From assembly GCA_965261735.1 (NCBI GenBank), contig OZ253470.1:1504001-1568000 (forward strand): a DNA stretch of 64,000 bases, read 5' to 3'. Below, piece by piece: positions 38,782-47,748 of this stretch (position 1 is the stretch's first letter; each line of letters opens with the position of its first letter). The translations under genes were made by a program, and so were the position numbers. The DNA comes from Alphaproteobacteria bacterium (GTDB lineage Bacteria; Pseudomonadota; Alphaproteobacteria; SHVV01). Under the pieces are notes generated by a model. The model ran no database searches and was not told where the DNA came from. It saw only the letters and a list, made by a program, of their open reading frames with translations.

Positions 38782-39899
38782 GTTGGCGCCTCCGCCAGCA
38801 GTCTGGGTAGTCGGACGAGGTTGTAGGCGGCCAAGGCCAGGGTGAACGAAGCGTCGACCCGGTGGCGGCCCCGGAATTTGGTCTTGCTCAATCCCGCGCT
38901 CGTCTTGACCCAGCCGAAGACCTCCTCGATGCGCTTGCGGCAACGTTGGCTGACGCCGTAACCGGGATGGCGCGTCGTGCGCCCGTCTATCTTGGTCTTG
39001 CGCCGCTTGCCGGTCTTGGTGACGTGGTCCTGGACGGCGATATGGGGGGTCACCTTGCGGTGCCGCAGTTCCTCGACAAAATCCGCGACGTCAAAACCCT
39101 TGTCCCCGCCCACCGTGATCCGACGCCGCCCGCCTCTACTCTCCACCGGGCGATGCCTGTCGATCAGATCAAGGGCGGCTTCGCGTTCCGCCGTGCCCGA
39201 CGCAATGGTCACGCCGCCGCCGACTGCCAGACCATGGCGGTTCTCCGTCAGCGCATGGCCCATGTAACACAGCTTGCTTTCCCGGCCATTACCCTTGCGA
39301 TAAAGCCGGGCGTCCGGATCAGTGGTGCTTGCATGGGTCGCGTTCGAGCGTTTCTCGCCATGAAAATCCCGCGCGGCGTTGCGCCCCGATCCCCCGTCGC
39401 CATCGTCCTCACCTTTGGGACGAAAGCTCTTCATCGACGCCCAGGCCTCGATCAATGTTCCGTCTACCGAAAAATGATCCCGGCTCAATAGTCCCCCTAC
39501 CTTGTGGTGCTGGATAACCCCCGCAAGCAGCTGCCCCGAAACCTCCGCCTCCAGAAGACGGTCCCGGTTGTGGCAGAACGCGCTGGCGTCCCACACGCCA
39601 TCGTCCAGCCCAAGCCCCACAAACCAGCAAAACAGCATGTTGAAGTTTAGCTGCTCCATCAGCTGACGCTCCGAGCGGATCGAATAAAACGCCTGCAACA
39701 GTAACGCTCGAAGAAGCTTCTCCGGCGGGATCGATGGGCGACCCATGTGGGAATAAAGCGTCTCGAACTCCGAAGATAGAGACCCCAATACGTCGTTCAC
39801 GATCTCACGGATCAGACGCAGCGGATGATCATCCGGAACACGCTCTTCCAAGTCTACGTAGCTGAATAAATTGCCACTGCTTTGATCTCGACCCCGCAT
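38778..39899 (-). CDS. IS5 family transposase
   Basis: GRPSIPPEKLLRA, FSVDGTLIEAWAS, GDKGFD, RKRIEEVFGW. Confidence 0.95.
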   Translation of the reverse strand: MRGRDQSSGNLFSYVDLEERVPDDHPLRLIREIVNDVLGSLSSEFETLYSHMGRPSIPPEKLLRALLLQAFYSIRSERQLMEQLNFNMLFCWFVGLGLDDGVWDASAFCHNRDRLLEAEVSGQLLAGVIQHHKVGGLLSRDHFSVDGTLIEAWASMKSFRPKGEDDGDGGSGRNAARDFHGEKRSNATHASTTDPDARLYRKGNGRESKLCYMGHALTENRHGLAVGGGVTIASGTAEREAALDLIDRHRPVESRGGRRRITVGGDKGFDVADFVEELRHRKVTPHIAVQDHVTKTGKRRKTKIDGRTTRHPGYGVSQRCRKRIEEVFGWVKTSAGLSKTKFRGRHRVDASFTLALAAYNLVRLPRLLAEAPT

Positions 39900-40524
39900 G
39901 CCATCCTCCATCACTCGAAGAAATCACAGAATCATGTCACAACTGCAAAGGCGAGGACTTTTTCAGCAGCCTGCTAGTGCGCTATTTTCGTATGTGAGCG
40001 AGCGCCTCGGCCGGGACCAGGTTCAGGCTTCCCGCGGCATCGCCCGGGCGCAACCAGAAGAGCTTGAGCGTCGAGGTGTTGCGCTTCTCGTAGTACAGGA
40101 TCGAGATCGGATACCAGCCGGCCTCGGCGATCGCGACCTCGACGGTGTCGGAATACTGGTCCGAGTGGACGAGAGGATCGTTGATTACCCGTTTGCCGCC
40201 GATGTTGACGCGCACCCCGTCATTGGACAGAGCCGCGAACGCGTAGGTGCCGGGCTCTTCGAAACGGATGAGGCCGCGGATGTCGGCACCGACGCCGTCG
40301 GTCTGGCTGCTCGACAGCACCTCGCCGGCACCGACCTTGTAATCGAGCACCGGCAACGGCCTTCCGACCTCGCCCTTCTCGTATTTCGCCCACTGCGAAA
40401 TCTCGTCCACATCGTTGAAGATCGAGTAGTAGTAGGTAACCGATGGGGTGGACGCCCCTCCCGACGGCATCGCGATGTGCCAGGTTGGCGGTGTTGTTAA
40501 CGCCAAGCGAGGAAGGGGGCGTCC

Positions 40525-41547
40525 ATGGAACAGGTTCACATGATCGGGATCGATCTGGCGAAGAACAGCTTTCAGCTGCACGGTGCGCGGGCGGATGGGT
40601 TGGTTGCGTTCCGCAAGAAGCTGAGCCGGGCGAAGCTGTTGGACTTTGTGGCTGCGCAGCCACGCTGCACGGTGGCGATGGAGGCGTGCGGCGGCGCGCA
40701 CCATTGGGGCCGGGAGATCGGCAGTCTCGGCCATGCGGTGCGACTGATCCCACCGATCTACGTCAAAGCGTACGTCAAGCGGCAAAAGAACGACGCGTCG
40801 GATGCGGAGGCGATCTGCGAGGCGTCGTCGCGGCCGACCATGCGCTTTGTGGCTGTGAAGACGGAGGAACAGCAGGCTCGGGGCATGCTGTTCCGGACGC
40901 GCGATCTTCTGGTGCGCCAGCGCACCCAGACGATTAATGCGCTGCGCGGCCATCTGGCGGAGTTCGGTGTCATTGCCCCGCAGGGGCCGGCTCATGTCGG
41001 CCGGCTGGCCTCGGCGCTTGAGGGACCGGCTTCGAGGTTGCCGGAAGCGGTCCGCGAGCTGGCCGGCCTTCTGCTTGAGCAGATCGCCGGCCTCGATGCG
41101 AAGATTGCGGGCCTGGAGAGGGAGGTCCACGTGAGAGCACGGCAGGATGAGGAGGCGAGGCGCCTGATGAGCGTGCCGGGGATCGGGCCGATCAGCGCGA
41201 TGGCAATCCAGGCCTTCGCACCGCCGATGGAGAGTTTCCGGCGCGGCCGCGACTTCTCCGCTTGGCTCGGCCTCGTGCCGCGCCAGCACACGACCGGCGG
41301 CAAGCCGAAGCTGGGCAAGATATCGAAGATGGGCCAGCGCGATCTGAGACGGCTGCTGATCACAGGCGCGATGACTGTGGTCCGCTGGGCGGTTCGGCGC
41401 GGCGTGACGACGGACCCCTGGCTGGCCGGGATGCTGGCGCGCAAGCCGAGGATGCTCGTCGCGGTGGCGCTGGCCAACAGGATGGCGCGCATCGTCTGGG
41501 CGCTACTGACGAAGAAGGAGAGCTACCGGGCTCCCGCCACCGCCTGA
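40525..41547 (+). CDS. IS110 family recombinase
   Basis: IGIDLAK, MEACG, KNDASDAEAI (DEDD), SVPGIGP, GLVPRQHTTGGK. Confidence 0.96.
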   Translation: MEQVHMIGIDLAKNSFQLHGARADGLVAFRKKLSRAKLLDFVAAQPRCTVAMEACGGAHHWGREIGSLGHAVRLIPPIYVKAYVKRQKNDASDAEAICEASSRPTMRFVAVKTEEQQARGMLFRTRDLLVRQRTQTINALRGHLAEFGVIAPQGPAHVGRLASALEGPASRLPEAVRELAGLLLEQIAGLDAKIAGLEREVHVRARQDEEARRLMSVPGIGPISAMAIQAFAPPMESFRRGRDFSAWLGLVPRQHTTGGKPKLGKISKMGQRDLRRLLITGAMTVVRWAVRRGVTTDPWLAGMLARKPRMLVAVALANRMARIVWALLTKKESYRAPATA

Positions 41548-41814
41548 GAGAACGGCGAAGTGCGGGAAGCCGTCGGGGATGTGGGCACGACGGAGGACAG
41601 GTAAGGGCAAAGGTCAACGAGACCGGGTTGGGAAAACCAGCATCCGAACGGAGAGCTTTCAAGCTCGCGTAACCGATTTGGACCCAATCCGCGTATCTCC
41701 ATACGGGCCCGCGGCGTGTCATCTGCCGCATAGAGAGGCCGGACACACGACAGCACCTGACCGCATGCACCGAGCCGATCAAAAACTGCTTGCATCAACG
41801 GGGGCGTCCACACA
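41548..41814 (+). ncRNA. Putative bridge/seekRNA region of IS1111-group element
   Basis: 267-nt non-coding 3' end containing target-matching GTAACCGAT (41669-41677) and donor-matching ACACACGA (41743-41750). Confidence 0.65.
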
Positions 41815-42119
41815 CGATAAGCTGAGCACGAGGTTGGTGGCCGCCGGCTGCCGTTCGAGGGGCTTAAGCCCGGCCATGCCCTGGGCCCAAACCCCGCCCG
41901 TCGCGGCGAACGCGAGGAGGGCCCCCAAGGTAGCGGCCCGGGCGCCGCGAGAGCGGATGGGTGCCATGTCTCCTCTCCCTCTTTGGTCGCCCGGCCGTCT
42001 TGCGCGGCAGGTGCCGTAAACTATAGCGATCGGTCCTCCGCCGTGCCAGTGGGCCAACGGAGATGGTGACAGCGCTGCGGACGCATTAGGGTAGTAAGAG
42101 GGGGGGTAGCGTTTTCCCC

Positions 42120-42742
<623 letters not shown>

Positions 42743-42795
42743 CTTGCCTATCCGGTTAATGCCCATGACCGCTACATGTAGGGTGCCACCACTCT
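42743..42795 (-). mobile_element. Isolated 53-bp right end of IS1595
   Basis: CTTGCCTATCCGGTTAATGCCCATGACCGCTACATGTAGGGTGCC.CCACTCT = reverse complement of the IS1595 right end. Confidence 0.88.
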
Positions 42796-43537
42796 TCGCG
42801 CCGCCCTCGCTCGACTGGCTCTACTACCTGCGCGAGGCGAGGGACGGCGCAGCTTAAGGCCGTCGCCGTTCGCGTAGCTGCGGCATCCTGAGGAAGCGCT
42901 CCACGTCAGCCTCGGTAGGTTTTCCCCTGATTGTCTTGCAGTAGTAGCAGCCCGACTGCGGTTCATCCGTCACCACAACCACCTTGGAATCATGTCCTCG
43001 ATATTCAATCCACAGGGTGGCCGAACGCATCCCTGTTACCGCAACCATGAATTCAGCTGCGGCGAGCGAGGCAATGACGCCGTTCGCGGGTGAGACTGAT
43101 GGACCTGTCTGCACAAGCGCTTCCTTGGCAACCCCGTAAGTTGAGGCCCTTGCGGCCTGCTCCGCATCGGCCTCAAGGTAGTTAGGGACATCGTTCTGAT
43201 CTAGAAGTTCGAGGCATTGAAGGCAGGCGGCCCCGTCAGATACCAGGCAGACCCTACCACCGTAGACACCCGACTCGGGGACATCAGAAGCGAGGTCGAT
43301 GAGCGGCCTTGCGTAGGCGACGCAGAGCTCATTTAGAATGGCCCTCGGACCGTCTTCGTCAAGGCATCCAAATACCCAGTCCGCAGCTTTGACTGCGGCA
43401 AACGCTTCTTCGCTGACTAGGCTGGATTTGATTTCGAGGGCGTCAATCTCAGGATTGATTTCCCGGATCATCCCCGCTGCGATTGACACTTTGGCGCTTC
43501 CCGGCACCTGATCGTCGTATCGGGCGCCGACGAACCG

Positions 43538-44909
43538 TGTGTGGACGCCCCCGTTGATGCAAGCAGTTTTTGGTCGGCTCGGTGCATGCGGTCAGGTGCT
43601 GTCGTGTGTCCGGCCTCTCTATGCGGCAGATGACACGCCGCGGGCCCGTATGGAGATACGCGGATTGGGTCCAAATCGGTTACGCGAGCTTGAAAGCTCT
43701 CCGTTCGGATGCTGGTTTTCCCAACCCGGTCTCGTTGACCTTTGCCCTTACCTGTCCTCCGTCCTGCCCACATCCCCGACGGCTTCCCGCACTTCGCCGT
43801 TCTCTCAGGCGGTGGCGGGAGCCCGGTAGCTCTTCTTCTTCGTCAGTAGCGCCCAGACGATGCGCGCCATCCTGTTGGCCAGCGCCACCGCGACGAGCAT
43901 CCTCGGCTTGCGCGCCAGCATCCCGGCCAGCCAGGGGTCCGTCGTCACGCCGCGCCGAACCGCCCAGCGGACCACAGTCATCGCGCCTGTGATCAGCAGC
44001 CGTCTCAGATCGCGCTGGCCCATCTTCGATATCTTGCCCAGCTTCGGCTTGCCGCCGGTCGTGTGCTGGCGCGGCACGAGGCCGAGCCAAGCGGAGAAGT
44101 CGCGGCCGCGCCGGAAACTCTCCATCGGCGGTGCGAAGGCCTGGATTGCCATCGCGCTGATCGGCCCGATCCCCGGCACGCTCATCAGGCGCCTCGCCTC
44201 CTCATCCTGCCGTGCTCTCACGTGGACCTCCCTCTCCAGGCCCGCAATCTTCGCATCGAGGCCGGCGATCTGCTCAAGCAGAAGGCCGGCCAGCTCGCGG
44301 ACCGCTTCCGGCAACCTCGAAGCCGGTCCCTCAAGCGCCGAGGCCAGCCGGCCGACATGAGCCGGCCCCTGCGGGGCAATGACACCGAACTCCGCCAGAT
44401 GGCCGCGCAGCGCATTAATCGTCTGGGTGCGCTGGCGCACCAGAAGATCGCGCGTCCGGAACAGCATGCCCCGAGCCTGCTGTTCCTCCGTCTTCACAGC
44501 CACAAAGCGCATGGTCGGCCGCGACGACGCCTCGCAGATCGCCTCCGCATCCGACGCGTCGTTCTTTTGCCGCTTGACGTACGCTTTGACGTAGATCGGT
44601 GGGACCAGTCGCACCGCATGGCCGAGACTGCCGATCTCCCGGCCCCAATGGTGCGCGCCGCCGCACGCCTCCATCGCCACCGTGCAGCGTGGCTGCGCAG
44701 CCACAAAGTCCAACAGCTTCGCCCGGCTCAGCTTCTTGCGGAACGCAACCAACCCATCCGCCCGCGCACCGTGCAGCTGAAAGCTGTTCTTCGCCAGATC
44801 GATCCCGATCATGTGAACCTGTTCCATGGACGCCCCCTTCCTCGCTTGGCGTTAACAACACCGCCAACCTGGCACATCGCGATGCCGTCGGGAGGGGCGT
44901 CCACCCCAT
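43538..44909 (-). mobile_element. IS110 family (IS1111 group) element, copy 2
   Basis: 1372 bp, near-identical to copy 1; CG core on both sides. Confidence 0.94.
43805..44827 (-). CDS. IS110 family recombinase
   Basis: 340 aa; differs from copy 1 at two visible residues. Confidence 0.96.
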   Translation of the reverse strand: MEQVHMIGIDLAKNSFQLHGARADGLVAFRKKLSRAKLLDFVAAQPRCTVAMEACGGAHHWGREIGSLGHAVRLVPPIYVKAYVKRQKNDASDAEAICEASSRPTMRFVAVKTEEQQARGMLFRTRDLLVRQRTQTINALRGHLAEFGVIAPQGPAHVGRLASALEGPASRLPEAVRELAGLLLEQIAGLDAKIAGLEREVHVRARQDEEARRLMSVPGIGPISAMAIQAFAPPMESFRRGRDFSAWLGLVPRQHTTGGKPKLGKISKMGQRDLRRLLITGAMTVVRWAVRRGVTTDPWLAGMLARKPRMLVAVALANRMARIVWALLTKKKSYRAPATA

Positions 44910-45168
44910 CGGTTGCGGCTCGTCTCATCCAGTTCGTCATCATCGATCAGCGCTGCTTCACCAATGCCGAGCAGCGCTAGGTGTTGCACCAGCGGACTCC
45001 CCAGGCCCCCGACGCCCACGACGGCCACCTTTGTTTGCCGTATCTTCCGCTGCCCTTCATTGCCAAACAGCCGAGCGTTACGATCGTAACGCTCGGGCAA
45101 AGGGGTCATCCCCAACCCTCAAGAGAGTTGTTTCTCGCCTATCCGGTTTACACCCACACCCACTAGGG

Positions 45169-46251
45169 CTAGTGGATTGATTCCAACGTTTGGAACCCTC
45201 TGTTTCGTGCGGCGATGATATGATCGGGGTCGTCTTTCCAGATGAAGGGTTTTGGGTTTGCGTCATTGTATTCGCGGACAAATCGGTTGATGGGGGCCTG
45301 AAGGTCGACGACGGATTGGAAGACGCCGTATTTGAGCCTGCGCCGCGTTAGTTTGGCGAAGAAGCCCTCGACGGCATTGAGCCACGAGCACGAGGTTGGC
45401 GTGAAGTGGAAGGTCCAGCGTGGATGGCGGGCGAGCCAGGCGCGGACCTTGTCCTTCTTGTGCGCGGCGTAGTTGTCGAGGATGACGTGGACGGCCTTGT
45501 CCGTCGGCACCTCGCGCTCGATGCGGTTGAGGAAGCGGATGAACTCCTGATGGCGGTGGCGCTGCATGTTCTGTGCGATGACCGTACCGTCCAGCACGTT
45601 GAGCGCGGCGAACAGCGTCGTCGTGCCATGCCGTTTGTAATCATAGGTCATCGTACCGGCGCGGCCCTTCTTCATCGGCAAGCCGGGTTGGGTGCGGTCG
45701 AGCGCCTGGATCTGTGATTTCTCATCAACCGACAGCACCACGGCATGGGCCGGCGGATCGACATACAAGCCGACGATATCTGTGAGCTTCTCGGCGAAGG
45801 CGGGATCATTGGAGAGCTTGAAGTGCCGCCAGCGGTGCGGGCTGAGGCCATGGGCCTTCCAGATCGCTTGGACCGTCGACGCCGCGACGCCAGCAACCTT
45901 CGCCATCGCGCGCAGCGTCCAGTGGGTCGCCTCGTGCGGCGGCGCTTGCTGGGTCAGGCGGACGATCTCGGCGACGCGCTCCGGCGGGATCGGCGCTTTG
46001 CCAGGCGGACGGGACCTGTCGCGAAGCAAGCCGTTGACACCCTCGTGCATGAACCGCTCCTGCCAGCGCCAGACACAGGTCTTGGACTTGCCGGTCTCGG
46101 CCATGATCGACGAGTTCCCGAGCCCCTCGTCGCTCTTCAGGATGATCCGCGCCCGCCAGACATGTTTCTGCGAGCTCTTCGGGTCCGCGACGATAGCTTG
46201 CAATCGCTGACGGTCGCCAGACGTGACAGTAAAATGGATGCCGGTGCGCAT
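45169..46251 (-). CDS. IS630 transposase
   Basis: Near-identical to 11423..12505. Confidence 0.94.
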   Translation of the reverse strand: MRTGIHFTVTSGDRQRLQAIVADPKSSQKHVWRARIILKSDEGLGNSSIMAETGKSKTCVWRWQERFMHEGVNGLLRDRSRPPGKAPIPPERVAEIVRLTQQAPPHEATHWTLRAMAKVAGVAASTVQAIWKAHGLSPHRWRHFKLSNDPAFAEKLTDIVGLYVDPPAHAVVLSVDEKSQIQALDRTQPGLPMKKGRAGTMTYDYKRHGTTTLFAALNVLDGTVIAQNMQRHRHQEFIRFLNRIEREVPTDKAVHVILDNYAAHKKDKVRAWLARHPRWTFHFTPTSCSWLNAVEGFFAKLTRRRLKYGVFQSVVDLQAPINRFVREYNDANPKPFIWKDDPDHIIAARNRGFQTLESIH

Positions 46252-46320
46252 AGCACAGACTCGCATGACACCGCACAATACGGAATCTCAAATCGGACTC
46301 TTTCGTTCCGATCAATCCAC
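45172..46320 (-). mobile_element. IS630 family element, copy 2, inserted in the IS1595 left end
   Basis: Splits GGGC-TA-GAATGGG, which is intact in IS1595 copies 1 and 3. Confidence 0.95.
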
Positions 46321-46356
46321 TAGAATGGGCACAACCCGGATATAGGGGAGCGCGCC

Positions 46357-47376
46357 ATGGATGTTCTCGACCGCGCCGATCTCCCATTCCCGCATTCGCT
46401 ACCCGAGTTCCAGCGACTTTTCCCCGATGATGCGGCCTGCGCCGCCTACCTGGAGAAAGCCCGCTGGGGAGACGGCTTTGCCTGCCCGCACTGCGGCACG
46501 GCGGGAGAGCCGTTCCACTTTGAAAACCGCCCTGGCGTCCTGCGCTGCCGCAAGTGCCGCCAGAACACCGGGCTGACGGTGGGAACAGTGATGGAGCGTA
46601 GCCACACTCCGCTGAACGTCTGGTTCTGGGCCGCTTATCTGGTCGCCAGTCAGACGCCCGGCATGTCCGCCGTGCAGTTTCAGCGGCAACTTGGTCTTTC
46701 GCGCTACGAGACGGCCTTTCAAATTCTCCACAAGCTCCGCTCGGGCATGGTGCGGCCCAACCAAGACAGGATCGGTGGACAGCCCAAGAACCATGTTGAG
46801 GTGGACGAAACCTGGGTTGGCGGGCGAACGCGTGGGGAAGGCCGTGGTGTTCACCACAAGGTTCCCGTCTCCTGTGCCATCGAGGTGCGTCATCGAAAGC
46901 CGGGCACCAAGCTCGACAACCGGAAAGACGGACGCTATGCCGGACGCGTTCGGCTCGCCGTCGTGCTCGACCGTAGCGCCGAGTCGCTCTGTGGGTTCGT
47001 CGAGAGCACCGTCGCGCCGCGATCGCTGATCGTTACTGACGATTGGAGCGGCTATGCTGGCCTCGGTAAGCGCGGCTATGAGCACTTCGCTGTTGCCGAG
47101 TGTGGTGATCCAGAGGTTGCCGAGCAATACCTGCCGATCATCCATCTGGTTTTCGCCAACCTGAAGACGTGGCTGATCGGTATCCACCACGGCGTTAGCC
47201 ACCAGCACCTACAAGCCTACCTCAACGAGTTCACCTTCCGCTTCAACAGGCGGTTCTACCCGTTCAACGCCTTCCGCTCATTGCTCGGCATCGCGGGCGA
47301 CACCTCTGCTCCAACCTATGCCGAGCTTTACTCGGGAGAGTGGCGGCACCCTACATGTAGCGGTCATGGGCGTTAA
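46357..47376 (+). CDS. IS1595 transposase (intact frame)
   Basis: CPHC/CRKC, VEVDET, TDDW, HHGVSHQHLQAYLNEFTFRFNRR. Confidence 0.95.
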   Translation: MDVLDRADLPFPHSLPEFQRLFPDDAACAAYLEKARWGDGFACPHCGTAGEPFHFENRPGVLRCRKCRQNTGLTVGTVMERSHTPLNVWFWAAYLVASQTPGMSAVQFQRQLGLSRYETAFQILHKLRSGMVRPNQDRIGGQPKNHVEVDETWVGGRTRGEGRGVHHKVPVSCAIEVRHRKPGTKLDNRKDGRYAGRVRLAVVLDRSAESLCGFVESTVAPRSLIVTDDWSGYAGLGKRGYEHFAVAECGDPEVAEQYLPIIHLVFANLKTWLIGIHHGVSHQHLQAYLNEFTFRFNRRFYPFNAFRSLLGIAGDTSAPTYAELYSGEWRHPTCSGHGR

Positions 47377-47748
47377 CCGGATAGGCAAGAGTTGTTGGTC
47401 GGTTGCAACATGCGATCGCCAGCTTTCAAAGTATCAAGCGCTCGGGGTAGCGTCGCGTTATCGAGCCACAGCAGGGCATCGAATCCAGAGGGCGAGACAA
47501 CGATGGCCAGGTAGGGCCGCCTATTCAAACGCCACCACATGTGTGGCACGGTCTCGCTGAGGCCCATTCGGTCGGCGTATGAGAATGCGGCCGGCCACGG
47601 AGCGGGGTGCGAGTGCATCTCGACAAGCGAGGCCTCGAGATCGTGCGCGCGCTTTATTAGGGCAGCGCGTGTCCCGTCTGCCATCTCAAGATAATCGCTT
47701 TCCTAAGCCACCATTATTTCAAGTCCTTGCGTTGTAGCCAACCGGCCA

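Larger units (their letters stand above)
38601..39973 (-). mobile_element. IS5 family element with CTAG target duplication
   Basis: 18-bp TIR CAGGCTGCTGAAAAAGTC / GACTTTTTCAGCAGCCTG; CTAG on both sides. Confidence 0.95.
40443..41814 (+). mobile_element. IS110 family (IS1111 group) element, copy 1, 1372 bp, CG core
   Basis: Subterminal IRs GTGGACGCCCC/GGGGCGTCCAC; long 3' non-coding end; no TSD beyond CG. Confidence 0.94.
39982..41967 (-). pseudogene. Secreted PA14-domain protein (203 aa rebuilt) interrupted by IS110
   Basis: MAPIRSRG...NLVLSLS | VTYYY...GTYAFAALSNDGVRVNIGG...GWYPISILYYE; frame restored when the IS is removed. Confidence 0.85.
42854..45109 (-). pseudogene. ThiF/E1-like adenylyltransferase (293 aa rebuilt) interrupted by IS110
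   Basis: RYDRN, VGVGGLGS, DDDELDETSRNR|FVGA, GCLD, CLQC and CYYC Zn motifs. Confidence 0.9.
45134..47389 (+). mobile_element. IS1595 family element, copy 2, carrying a nested IS630
   Basis: TIRs; 8-bp TSD AGTTGTTT/AGTTGTTG. Confidence 0.93.
45106..47702 (-). pseudogene. JAB/JAMM metallopeptidase, 5'-damaged and interrupted near its 3' end by IS1595
   Basis: EMHSHPAPWPAAFSYAD JAMM motif; C-terminus ...PTNN|SLEGWG* whose TGA overlaps the ThiF ATG; in-frame TAG at 47703-47705 upstream. Confidence 0.8.

Noticed and set aside
39982-41289. 435-aa minus-strand ORF as one protein
   Set aside because: Chimera of IS110 antisense sequence and the PA14 gene's 3' half
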